Source: an uncultured Alphaproteobacteria bacterium (lineage in GTDB: Bacteria; Pseudomonadota; Alphaproteobacteria; VGEJ01). Taken from it: 64,000 nt of DNA. The stretch covers positions 367 through 64,366 of the forward strand of contig CAJWJK010000008.1 of assembly GCA_913041535.1 (NCBI GenBank), written 5' to 3'. Below the pieces are notes generated by a model. That model did not search any database and was not told the DNA's origin. It worked only from the letters and a program-made list of their open reading frames with translations. Positions 1-8,817 of the stretch are shown here, piece after piece. Made by a program: the position numbers and the translations under genes. How positions within the stretch are numbered: the stretch's first letter is position 1; each line of letters starts with the position of its first letter.

Positions 1-634
1 CTGGATGCGTGAGGAATTTGAGGCTGTCGACGCTCCACCATTCGAACACAGAGGGCGTGTAACTGATGAGTTTATCAAGGCTTTTCGGGAGCTCTGGACT
101 AATGAGGAGCCGGAATTTGATGGGGAATTTGTTCGTTTCTCAAATATTTACTCCAAACCTCTTCCGGTTCAGCGACCCCATCCGCCAATTTGGATTGGTG
201 GTGATAGTATGCCGGCAATGCGTCGTGTCGTTCGCCTAGGAGATGGCTGGTTTCCCGTTGGTGCTGATGATCGTGGTGGTGACCCTCGCTATCCACTCAA
301 TACCTTGGAACGTTATGGTGCAGCAGTGAAGCGCCTACATGAGATTGCAGATGAGGTAGGAAGAGATCCGGCTAGCATCACTCTAGCATTTTGGGCTGTT
401 TGGTACGCTGATAGTGATGACAGACGGCAGGTTGGACAGCGCGCACATTCAGTGGATGGCGAGGATCACATGCTTCTAGGTAGTAGTGAGAAGGTCGCAT
501 CGGACATATTGGCCATGGGTGAAATGGGCGTTTCTACGATTGTGTTTAACTTCGTCCGTGACACGCTTGAGGAGTCTCAGGCCAGTATGGAGCGTTTTGC
601 TTCTGAGATTATGCCTCTGGTACGAGCTGGGTAA
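1..634 (+). CDS. LLM-class (luciferase-like) flavin/F420-dependent oxidoreductase, 5' end outside the window
   Basis: The reading frame is open to the window edge. The RPHPPIWIGG motif normally sits near residue 180-200 of LLM proteins but is at residue ~58 here, so the N-terminus is missing. Confidence 0.7.
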   Translation, partial: WMREEFEAVDAPPFEHRGRVTDEFIKAFRELWTNEEPEFDGEFVRFSNIYSKPLPVQRPHPPIWIGGDSMPAMRRVVRLGDGWFPVGADDRGGDPRYPLNTLERYGAAVKRLHEIADEVGRDPASITLAFWAVWYADSDDRRQVGQRAHSVDGEDHMLLGSSEKVASDILAMGEMGVSTIVFNFVRDTLEESQASMERFASEIMPLVRAG

Positions 635-668
635 TACGCCTGGAAGTTCGTTCGGGATATTTTCCGTG

Positions 669-1436
669 TTATGACCGAAAGTTAAGGGATTTACGGTCAA
701 GAAGGCGCAACAGCGCAGGCCAGTCACGCTCTCCTGGGGAGCTTAATCCGCGTACCTGTGCTGCCGTGTGCTCGCATATGTCTTTTGATAGATGAATTAG
801 CTCAACTCCAGAGTTTTGTGCTGCAATTTGTACCTGACACGCGAGTTCAAGATAGTAGGCGTGGTTGAAGGCTTCGGCGATTGAGCGCCCTACAGTTAAA
901 AGGCCATGGTTGCGTAAGATCAAAACTGAATTTGTACCGAGGTGAACAGTCAGGCGTTTTCGTTCCTCCAGGTCGAGGGCTATTCCTTCGTAATCATGAT
1001 AACCTACGCTTCCGTAAAAACGTGCAGCATGCTGGCTTAGAGGTAGCAACCCATCTTTCTGGGCCGCAACGGCTGTTCCGTCCCGAGTATGTATGTGCAA
1101 AACGCATTGCGCATCAGGGCGCGCCATATGGACGGCACTATGTATTGTGAACCCTGCCCTGTTTACTTGTATATTGCTTTCCTTGCTGACTTCTTTGTGT
1201 GTATTAACTTTAATTAGGCTTGATGCAGTGACTTCATCAAACAGTAGCTTATCAGGCTTCATGAGAAATTCATCAACTGTTCCTGGGACTCGGGCAGATA
1301 TATGGGTACGGATAAGCTCGGACATGCCAAAATAGTCAACCAGCCTGTAGCACGCAGCAAGGTCTACTCTTACGCGCCACTCTGCATTATTCTCGCATGT
1401 TGCAGGGGGGGGTGCATGCTTATAGGTAGTGATCAT
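669..1436 (-). CDS. class II aldolase/adducin family protein
   Basis: 255-aa ORF with a metal-binding His cluster (VLHIHTRDGTAVA) and a length typical of the class II aldolase/adducin fold. Confidence 0.8.
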   Translation of the reverse strand: MITTYKHAPPPATCENNAEWRVRVDLAACYRLVDYFGMSELIRTHISARVPGTVDEFLMKPDKLLFDEVTASSLIKVNTHKEVSKESNIQVNRAGFTIHSAVHMARPDAQCVLHIHTRDGTAVAAQKDGLLPLSQHAARFYGSVGYHDYEGIALDLEERKRLTVHLGTNSVLILRNHGLLTVGRSIAEAFNHAYYLELACQVQIAAQNSGVELIHLSKDICEHTAAQVRGLSSPGERDWPALLRLLDRKSLNFRS

Positions 1437-1566
1437 GGGCCTCTCAACTTCACAGCATAAATGCCCTGATAAACTCTAAGGGATACAAGATGATGTATGC
1501 AAGCAGAGCAAAAATGTTTCTTGTGCTACTCTATTCGTACTCTAGCAACTTTCAACGGAGTTAGTT

Positions 1567-1953
1567 ATGACATCTATTCAAAGATTGACCCTGTCGGAGC
1601 TACGAGCTCCTGTCAGTCATTATTGCCATGTTGTTCGTGCTGGGGATCGTATCTGGGTCTCGGGTTGCGTTGGTTTTAACCCTGACGGATCAATTCCTGA
1701 GGGCACTGTTGAACAGTTTGAGGTGGCTATGAAAAACCTTGACTTTTCTCTTCGTGCTGTGGGCGGTCTTCCAGAGTATATTGTAAAGGTCACCGTGTTT
1801 ATGACTGATATTGCAGAGAGACCTTTGATAAACCCAGTTCGGGAAAGGTACTTTGGTGAAAATCGTCCCGCTTCTTCCTTGGTTGAAGTTTCAGCGTTAG
1901 TCTCACCGGAAATGAAAGTTGAAATTGAAGCTGAAGCGGTAGTGGTAGAGTAA
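1567..1953 (+). CDS. RidA/YjgF family reactive-intermediate deaminase
   Basis: 128 aa with a typical RidA size and C-terminal pattern (VEVSALV...KVEIEAEAVV). Confidence 0.85.
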   Translation: MTSIQRLTLSELRAPVSHYCHVVRAGDRIWVSGCVGFNPDGSIPEGTVEQFEVAMKNLDFSLRAVGGLPEYIVKVTVFMTDIAERPLINPVRERYFGENRPASSLVEVSALVSPEMKVEIEAEAVVVE

Positions 1954-1956
1954 ACA

Positions 1957-3024
1957 ATGATTTTATTGCGTAGCGAAAACTTGAAGAGCCTGGTAGCTCA
2001 AATCTTTCTCGGTGCGGGCAGCAAGGAAACAGAAGCCAATGCAATAGCGGAAAATTTGGTGACGGCTAACCTGATGGGCCATGATAGTCATGGAGTCCAA
2101 CTCGTTTTGCGTTATGTGGAGACGGCACTTGGTGGTCGCCTCACAGTTAACGGTCACGTCCAAGTGATTCTTGATAATGGTACATTTCTTTTGCTTGACG
2201 GTGGTATGGCTTATGGTCAAGTTGTCGGAGTCCAGGCAATGGAGCACGGGATGTCAAAAGCTCGCCAGTTTGGCACATCAATAGTTGGCCTCCGCAATGT
2301 GCACCATCTTGGCCGTATTGGGGCTTGGGGAGAGCTTTGCGCGGAAGCAGGCTACATATCTATTCATTACGTAAATGCAGCAGGTCATCCCCCATTGGTA
2401 GCACCTTTCGGTGGTGCAGATGCTCGTTTTAGTACTAATCCTTATTGCACGGCATTCCCAGCCACCAATGGATCCCCATCCATAGTTTTAGACATGGCTA
2501 CTAGTCGGGTTGCGATGGGGAAGGTTGTTGTCGCCTATAATAAGGGAGAGCCAGCGCCAGAGGATTCTTTGATTGATGCTAACGGAGATCCCAGTCGCGA
2601 CCCTGCTGTAATGTTTTCGGATCCACCTGGAGCGCTTAGATCCATTGGGTTACACAAGGGTTATGGTCTTGCCGTTGTATGCGAAATTTTGGCGGGTGCT
2701 TTAACTGGTGGAGGAACAGCAAAACCCGACTTGTTTGGTTTGGATACCATTCGCAATAATATGTTAAGTATCCTTATTGACCCTTCGAGGTTAGGAGAGC
2801 GCGATAATTTTGCTTCTGAGGTGGAGGCATTTAAGGAGTGGATGAAAGAATCACCATCTGCGCCTGGGGCTGATGGGGTTATGATGCCTGGGGAACCTGA
2901 ACGTAAGACCTTTGCATCTAGGATGAGTAATGGCATACCCATAGATGAGGAGACTTGGCAGCAAGTGGTCAAGGCAGGGCTCGCGGTGGGTCTTGAAAAA
3001 ACTCATATTGAACAAGCCATATAG
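1957..3024 (+). CDS. Ldh_2 family (malate/L-lactate/imino-acid) NAD(P)H oxidoreductase
   Basis: 355 aa with the GHDSHGV motif and HHLGRIG, both characteristic of the Ldh_2 family. It starts 3 nt after the RidA stop. Confidence 0.8.
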   Translation: MILLRSENLKSLVAQIFLGAGSKETEANAIAENLVTANLMGHDSHGVQLVLRYVETALGGRLTVNGHVQVILDNGTFLLLDGGMAYGQVVGVQAMEHGMSKARQFGTSIVGLRNVHHLGRIGAWGELCAEAGYISIHYVNAAGHPPLVAPFGGADARFSTNPYCTAFPATNGSPSIVLDMATSRVAMGKVVVAYNKGEPAPEDSLIDANGDPSRDPAVMFSDPPGALRSIGLHKGYGLAVVCEILAGALTGGGTAKPDLFGLDTIRNNMLSILIDPSRLGERDNFASEVEAFKEWMKESPSAPGADGVMMPGEPERKTFASRMSNGIPIDEETWQQVVKAGLAVGLEKTHIEQAI

Positions 3025-3161
3025 TTAGAATGAGGAGGTTCTGCTGTATATGGTTTGTCGATAAAATACCTTGTGATAATTGCACATACTGCAGACCACC
3101 AGGCCATTGTCGTTTAGTGTTTATGGTGCCATATAGCGAATAATTAAGATTGGAGACATTA

Positions 3162-3713
3162 ATGAGTCGGCTTTCCTCGCTAGACCCTGATTTATTGAGT
3201 CCACAACAGCGAAAAGTGTATGACGATATTGAGTCTGGACCGCGCGGTGAAGTTGGAGGTCCACTAGCGGTTTGGCTCCGTAGTCCTAACCTTGCAGATC
3301 GAGCTCAACGGTTAGGCGAATTTGTTCGATTCAATAGTTCGTTATCTCCGATTTTATCGGAGTTGGCAATTCTAGTTACGGCGAGGTATTGGTCCGCTCA
3401 GTACGAGTGGTTTATGCACGAACCATTCGCTCTAAAGGCGGGGCTTAAGCCTGAGGTTGTTGCAGCAATCCGTGAGAAGCGAGTGCCTATATTTGATTCG
3501 CCCGAAGAGCAATTAGTTTATGACTTTGCAATCAACTTGCATGATAAACATTCCATTGATGAAGGCCTTTATCGGTATGCTGTTGAGACTTTAGGAGAAA
3601 CGTCTGTCGTCGATCTCGTCGGTATACTGGGCTATTATGTGCTCGTATCTATGACACTTAATGTGTTTGAAGTTAATGTTCCTGATGGCGCTGTGCCGTC
3701 GCTAAAAATTTGA
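3162..3713 (+). CDS. carboxymuconolactone decarboxylase (CMD/AhpD-like) family protein
   Basis: The LSELAILVTARYWSAQYEWFMH motif is typical of the CMD family. The ATG at 3162 follows a GGAGA, whereas the ORF track begins at a TTG at 3150. Confidence 0.7.
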   Translation: MSRLSSLDPDLLSPQQRKVYDDIESGPRGEVGGPLAVWLRSPNLADRAQRLGEFVRFNSSLSPILSELAILVTARYWSAQYEWFMHEPFALKAGLKPEVVAAIREKRVPIFDSPEEQLVYDFAINLHDKHSIDEGLYRYAVETLGETSVVDLVGILGYYVLVSMTLNVFEVNVPDGAVPSLKI

Positions 3714-3723
3714 GATTTGTGCT

Positions 3724-4926
3724 GTGACCCAAACGGTATATGAGAGAATAGGTGTTTCCACCATTATCAACGCTAAAGGTCCATCAACTCGCGTTAGTGG
3801 ATCTATTCTGGCGGGTGAGGTGGCGACCGCAATGAGCGAGGCTTCTCAGCATTGTGTGGATATGGCCGTTTTACAGGGCCGAGCAAGCGAAATAATCGCT
3901 GAAATTACGGGTGCTGAATCTGGGCTCGTAACGTCTGGAGCTGCCGCGGGACTTCTGCTAGGGACGGCTGCCTGTGTTACTGGTCTTGATCCTGGAAAGA
4001 TGAACCGTCTGCCAAATACCGATGGTATGAAAAGTGAAGTGGTTGTTGCACGTAGCCATCGGAATTTCTACGACCATGCCGTTCGAGCAGTGGGAGTGAA
4101 ATTGGTGGAGGTTGGCATTTCCGATCGTTTTAGTGGTGCGGGAGTGAGAGATACAGAGGCATGGGAAATAGATGATGCCATAAGTGGGAACACGGCGGCG
4201 GTACTGTACGTGGCTCAGCCTCATGCATTGCCGGAACTGTCTTCGGTCATTGAAGTTTCTCATAGGCGTAAAGTTCCGGTAATCGTCGATGCGGCGGCAC
4301 AGCTTCCCCCAGTCTCTAACTTGCAATATTTCACCGGTGTCGGTGCTGACCTTGTGGTTTTTAGTGGGGGCAAGGCCCTTATGGGCCCCCAGGCATCGGG
4401 TATGCTCTGTGGGCGCCGCGATTTAATTGCTGCCGCTGCGCTGCAAAATTTAGATCTGGACGTTCGTTTTGATCATTGGGACCCACCAGGATCGCTGATT
4501 GATAAAAGCAAGCTGGTTGGATTGCCGCAGCATGGTATAGGGCGATCGTGCAAAGTTGGTAAGGAGGAGATAGTTGGATTTTTAACAGCATTGAAGAATT
4601 TTTCGGGGGGTGGTTTTGAGCAGCACCAAGAGAAATGTAGGGTTGTCGCGGAGAGCTTGTATGACGGTCTTCTACAGTTTGAACATATTAATGTAGAGCT
4701 TTTGTCTGATTGTAGCGGACCAGGAATACCGGGCGTTAGTTTATCGCAAGGACTCGTAAAGGCTGAAGAGCTCGTGAAACGATTGCAAAATGGAACTCCA
4801 TCGGTCTATGTGGACCCCTCTCTTGTTCATGAGGGTAAGGTGCGTTTCGACACCTTGTGCCTGCATAGCAAGGATGTGCCCTCTATTGTCCACTGTATAC
4901 GCACCGCGTTAGATTTGTGTGATTGA
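3724..4926 (+). CDS. SelA-like / DgaE-like PLP-dependent enzyme (aminotransferase class V fold)
   Basis: 400 aa with FSGGKALMGPQASG, a PLP-lysine motif like SelA and D-glucosaminate-6-P ammonia-lyase. It has a GTG start. Confidence 0.65.
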   Translation: MTQTVYERIGVSTIINAKGPSTRVSGSILAGEVATAMSEASQHCVDMAVLQGRASEIIAEITGAESGLVTSGAAAGLLLGTAACVTGLDPGKMNRLPNTDGMKSEVVVARSHRNFYDHAVRAVGVKLVEVGISDRFSGAGVRDTEAWEIDDAISGNTAAVLYVAQPHALPELSSVIEVSHRRKVPVIVDAAAQLPPVSNLQYFTGVGADLVVFSGGKALMGPQASGMLCGRRDLIAAAALQNLDLDVRFDHWDPPGSLIDKSKLVGLPQHGIGRSCKVGKEEIVGFLTALKNFSGGGFEQHQEKCRVVAESLYDGLLQFEHINVELLSDCSGPGIPGVSLSQGLVKAEELVKRLQNGTPSVYVDPSLVHEGKVRFDTLCLHSKDVPSIVHCIRTALDLCD

Positions 4927-4955
4927 TACAATGTGCCTGATTTTGCGAGAGTGTT

Positions 4956-5789
4956 ATGGCTGGTAGTCTTTCCCGAAAGGAAATAGATGGTTACAAGAAA
5001 AATGGTTATGTTTTTCCTGTGCGCGCTATGTCGTCTCGTCAAGCCCTCAGATATGCTGACGATCTAGAATCCTATGAGATCTCTTCGGGCGGGGTAATTA
5101 GTGGTAACCGTCGGCACAAGGTACATCTTCTCTTTACCTGGGCCAATGAGATCGTACGCAATGCACGAATACTGGATGCTGTGGAGAGCATAATAGGTCC
5201 AAATATTATTTGTTGGACGACTAACTATTTCATAAAGGAGCCTATGGATTCTGCATTTGTTTCGTGGCACCAGGACTCCACCTATTGGGGGCTAGAACCG
5301 CCAGAAATTATTACTGCGTGGCTGGCTCTTAGTGATGTTGGGTTTGATAGTGGTCCGATGAAGTTTTTGTCTGGCAGTCACACATCATTGCAAATCAGCC
5401 ATACTGATACCTTTAGTGAGGACAATCTTTTGACGAGAGGACAGGAGATTGATATCGATGTTGACGAAACCAAGACTATTGATGTTGTCCTTAAGGCGGG
5501 CGAGTTCTCTCTACACCATGTTCGTTTGGTACACGGGTCACATCCTAATGATTCCACCACGCGGAGGATTGGGCTGGCGATCCGTTATATTCCAACCCAC
5601 GTCAGACAGACTAAAGTGCGTGACTCTGCAATGCTAGTCCGAGGCCAAGACGATTATGGTCATTTTGATCCGGAGCCATCACCTAAACGGAATTTAGATG
5701 CTGACGCAATTGACGCCCACGAAAATGCGATGAAAAGACAGATAGCTGCGCTATACGAGGGCACTCAGAGAACTACGATGAGGCGGTAA
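4956..5789 (+). CDS. phytanoyl-CoA dioxygenase (PhyH) family Fe(II)/2OG oxygenase
   Basis: The SWHQDSTYW motif and a distal His (LVHGSHPN) are typical of PhyH. Confidence 0.8.
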   Translation: MAGSLSRKEIDGYKKNGYVFPVRAMSSRQALRYADDLESYEISSGGVISGNRRHKVHLLFTWANEIVRNARILDAVESIIGPNIICWTTNYFIKEPMDSAFVSWHQDSTYWGLEPPEIITAWLALSDVGFDSGPMKFLSGSHTSLQISHTDTFSEDNLLTRGQEIDIDVDETKTIDVVLKAGEFSLHHVRLVHGSHPNDSTTRRIGLAIRYIPTHVRQTKVRDSAMLVRGQDDYGHFDPEPSPKRNLDADAIDAHENAMKRQIAALYEGTQRTTMRR

Positions 5790-5888
5790 GCAAGCCCACT
5801 GGCTGCGGGCTGTGGCTTTGATATTGCCCTTTTTCGTTAAAGCGGTTTTCGCTAGTGAGTTGGCAAACGGAGCCGCAGCCAATCCCAT

Positions 5889-7163
5889 TTATGGATACGT
5901 TAAACTTATGGCGACGTGTCGGTTGCGTCGTTGGGCGATTTCGTCTGTTCTACGGTCGGTGGGGTGGTATTGACCAAAACCTGCTGCCACTAGGCGTTGT
6001 GGTTGAATTCCTTTATCGACCAAGAATTTAACGACTATGATTGCACGGGCTGCTGACAGATCCCAACTGCCCTGAAACTCACTGTTTGAGCTAGAGTATT
6101 GGTCGGTGTGGGAATCTATGCGGAGAACCCATGCGAGATCATTGGGTATTGCTGAAGAATAGTTTCTAAAAACTTCCGCAAATATAGCCAATTGGTTTCG
6201 ACCTTGGACTGTGAGGGCAGATGAACCACGAGTAAAAAGACTTTCTGACTGAAACACGAACCTGTTATTTACGACGCGACTGTTTGTTTGGGGCCCTAGA
6301 GCCTCGTTCAATAGAGAAAACAATTCAGCACGATGTCGAGCCAGCAATATTACTTTAGCCCATGAGGATTCCGTAAGTTGTTGGGTAAGACGAATGATTT
6401 GTTGTGATTTCAGTTTGTTATCAGTACGGACACTTTTAAGGTTATTTGTTAAGCTTGCCTTGATTCGTTTTAGGAACTCAACTTCGAGGTTTAGTTTGTT
6501 AAACGACGAGCGCAGCCTTTGTAGCTCTTGATCTTTTGACTGAGTCTCATTCTTAGCGTGAATAAGGCGTGATTCTTGTAATTCGACGGTTCTGGTATAA
6601 TCATTGATGATGCCCTGCAGGTTAGATATTTGGGCAGCAAATTGATCTCTTTCGATTTCGAGAGAGGACAATTGATGCTTGATATCGCGTTGTACTTCTT
6701 CCGATTCGACAAGCTGTTTTGATAGTGTATCAATTCGTCCTCTTCTAGTTGCGTTTGTTGATCGGGTTTCTCCTAAAAGGCCTATTAGCTCGTCTACCAT
6801 TTGTGCAAGATCAGCGATCTGTCTGTCGCGCTCCTTAAGGGACGCAAGATGGGCTTCAGTTCGAGAAACAATTGCGTCAGCGTCTAACGTTGGGTTGTTG
6901 ACTTCTTGCGAGGTTTCTTCCCGCATAATCTTGATGTCCTGGGCGAGTGAGTGGTGATTGCTCGATAAAGTTACTGTTAGGCATATTCCAGTCGCAATCA
7001 TTCGTGGGGTTCGAAGCTTAATCTTGTCCCAGGTTGGTTGCGGGGCTAGTTTACAGAGAAGATTCATGGACTTGTTCTGGAGGTATCTTTGAAAGGCACC
7101 TATTAAGGCACGCTGAGGGCAGTTTGCGTAATGTGAACATGAAGCAGGAAACCTCAGTCTCAT
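5889..7163 (-). CDS. coiled-coil protein with C-terminal OmpA/MotB peptidoglycan-binding domain
   Basis: The C-terminus (SWDLSAARAIIVVKFLVDKGIQPQRLVAAGFGQYHP...RRNRHVAISL) is OmpA_C-like. The central ~200 aa is heptad-like and rich in Q/E/L/R. The true start is probably the Met at 7067 or at 7001; the latter gives a signal-like MIATGICLTVTLSS. Confidence 0.75.
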   Translation of the reverse strand: MRLRFPASCSHYANCPQRALIGAFQRYLQNKSMNLLCKLAPQPTWDKIKLRTPRMIATGICLTVTLSSNHHSLAQDIKIMREETSQEVNNPTLDADAIVSRTEAHLASLKERDRQIADLAQMVDELIGLLGETRSTNATRRGRIDTLSKQLVESEEVQRDIKHQLSSLEIERDQFAAQISNLQGIINDYTRTVELQESRLIHAKNETQSKDQELQRLRSSFNKLNLEVEFLKRIKASLTNNLKSVRTDNKLKSQQIIRLTQQLTESSWAKVILLARHRAELFSLLNEALGPQTNSRVVNNRFVFQSESLFTRGSSALTVQGRNQLAIFAEVFRNYSSAIPNDLAWVLRIDSHTDQYSSSNSEFQGSWDLSAARAIIVVKFLVDKGIQPQRLVAAGFGQYHPTDRRTDEIAQRRNRHVAISLTYP

Positions 7164-7354
7164 GTAACTTAGGTGAAGCTGTGATGCCTGTCCGTTTCCC
7201 CTCTTTTAATGAGAAGACGTCGAATTATGCGGATGGGCTTCACAGAAGAGTTGGTGCTCTTCAAAGATTGGCACCCCATAGTGACTAGGCTTTGACCAAG
7301 CTAGTTTTAACTTACACAGTATTGATAGCGAATAAACGTAAGGCCATTTGTTCA

Positions 7355-8476
7355 TTAATCGCGAAAGCTGAAACGGTCCAGTAGTCCGCCCACAGTGTCA
7401 CGAAATCCACCATACTCAAGTTCAGTATAAGGGAGCATGGCCGCTCCAGACCAACCTTGGGATCGCATTTCAATACCCTTTTCTTGAGCCCGATTCCGAA
7501 TCACATCCCACGTTGGATTATCAAAAAAGTCTACCACTGAATCAGAGAAACTCCCGTCTGCCGCCATTGAAAAACCTACGCATGATACAATAGGCAAACA
7601 ATATATTCCCGTTACGGCAGTATTTATAGGGACGGGCATTAGAGGCATTACATGAGATCCACGCGCGTCACCCCCAACATAGTGAACTTTCGCAAACGGA
7701 GAAGTAAGTTCTTCCGGTGCAGGGAAGATTCCTTGGTTACGCACGAGAGCTATAGGATCATCTTTGCCTGTGTAAGTGCCTGCAATAGAATGCAAGCGCT
7801 GGGCTGAGATCGCGACGGCCTTTTCCTCATGTGTCCGAGAGTGTATTGAGTCTATTCCAAATCGCTCATTATCTCGCAATAGAGCAGCTAGATGATATAC
7901 ATCCTCTGGAGCATTTAGTTCTATGACGCTATCAGCCTCAGTGTTTTCCATATCGATCACTGTGAAGGTGAAGCCTTTAATCATTTGCGGCAACATCAAT
8001 CCGCCACAGTACATAGGGTCCGCAAAGCCTAGAAAAATAGGTAAATTGTAGGCTCCAGGTCCGCACTTATCAGCTGCGAGTACAAGGAAAGATTCTGCGG
8101 GGCGTGGAGATTCTAGTGTATGGTCCCACTCAATTTCTGCTACCGCTGGTCCAGCTCCACGAACATTTCCCGACGGTGCATCTACTAGCAAGTCCTGACC
8201 AGCGCCGTAGAGACCGTACTCTTTAGCAACCCCGGTGGCCTTTATGAAGGCGTCCCAGCAGAATTGATGAACTTCGCTGTTGTTTTCTCCGTGCGTATGG
8301 CTCATTACCATTGCTATATCATCACCGGTATGAGAGACGTAGGCGTCAATCAGTAAGCCGCCACTGACGGCATTTGAAACTTCACTTCGCACGGCATCCA
8401 TCATCCGGTCTGAAGGTTTAGTATGGCCGCCAATCGAGCCGACATCTGCCTTAATGACCGAAAGTGTGACCTTCAT
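7355..8476 (-). CDS. fbp: fructose-1,6-bisphosphate aldolase/phosphatase (class V, archaeal-type FBPase)
   Basis: The N-terminus MKVTLSVIKADVGSIGGH plus YGAGQDLL...SGNVRGAGPAVAE, KCGPGAYNLP and GKDDP match the FBP aldolase/phosphatase family as I remember it. Confidence 0.88.
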   Translation of the reverse strand: MKVTLSVIKADVGSIGGHTKPSDRMMDAVRSEVSNAVSGGLLIDAYVSHTGDDIAMVMSHTHGENNSEVHQFCWDAFIKATGVAKEYGLYGAGQDLLVDAPSGNVRGAGPAVAEIEWDHTLESPRPAESFLVLAADKCGPGAYNLPIFLGFADPMYCGGLMLPQMIKGFTFTVIDMENTEADSVIELNAPEDVYHLAALLRDNERFGIDSIHSRTHEEKAVAISAQRLHSIAGTYTGKDDPIALVRNQGIFPAPEELTSPFAKVHYVGGDARGSHVMPLMPVPINTAVTGIYCLPIVSCVGFSMAADGSFSDSVVDFFDNPTWDVIRNRAQEKGIEMRSQGWSGAAMLPYTELEYGGFRDTVGGLLDRFSFRD

Positions 8477-8661
8477 TTCATTCTCCTCGTAGAATATTAA
8501 ACGTCTTAGCGTTGTCGCATATTATCAGACCATTCCTATAGAGTTGGAAGTGTCTTGCTGTGTTCCATAATGCCAGCTTTGACGCTTAGACCAAAATGTA
8601 CATCATAGCCACAATGTGCATCTCATTTAAACTAGCAAATAGTTTCCAACATCAGATCCAT

Positions 8662-8702
8662 GTATTTGGCTCCTGCAAATCTTACATGCGGGAGCCAAAT
8701 AC
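8662..8702. other. strong stem-loop between the formamidase and fbp genes
   Basis: GTATTTGGCTCC (8662-8673) is perfectly complementary to GGAGCCAAATAC (8691-8702). The stem extends inward by a T-G wobble plus 3 bp, leaving a ~9-nt loop. There is no U-tract on either strand. Confidence 0.5.
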
Positions 8703-8817
8703 CTCTAGTAGCGGGGTTTAGAGCCGATAACGTTCTTCTCCCACGTGCAGTAAAGAACAGATTTGCATTTCTTGCCAGTACATCTCATGTATGAAAGTAC
8801 ATTTCTGTATTTGACAA

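Noticed and set aside
7269-7289. TGGCACCCCATAGTGACTAGG resembles the 3' end of tRNA-Leu (TGGTGCCCCTGGCCTGACTCG), so it could be an attR-like repeat bounding an island.
   Set aside because: Only about 12 of ~21 positions match and the alignment needs an indel. That is within chance expectation, and no integrase is present.
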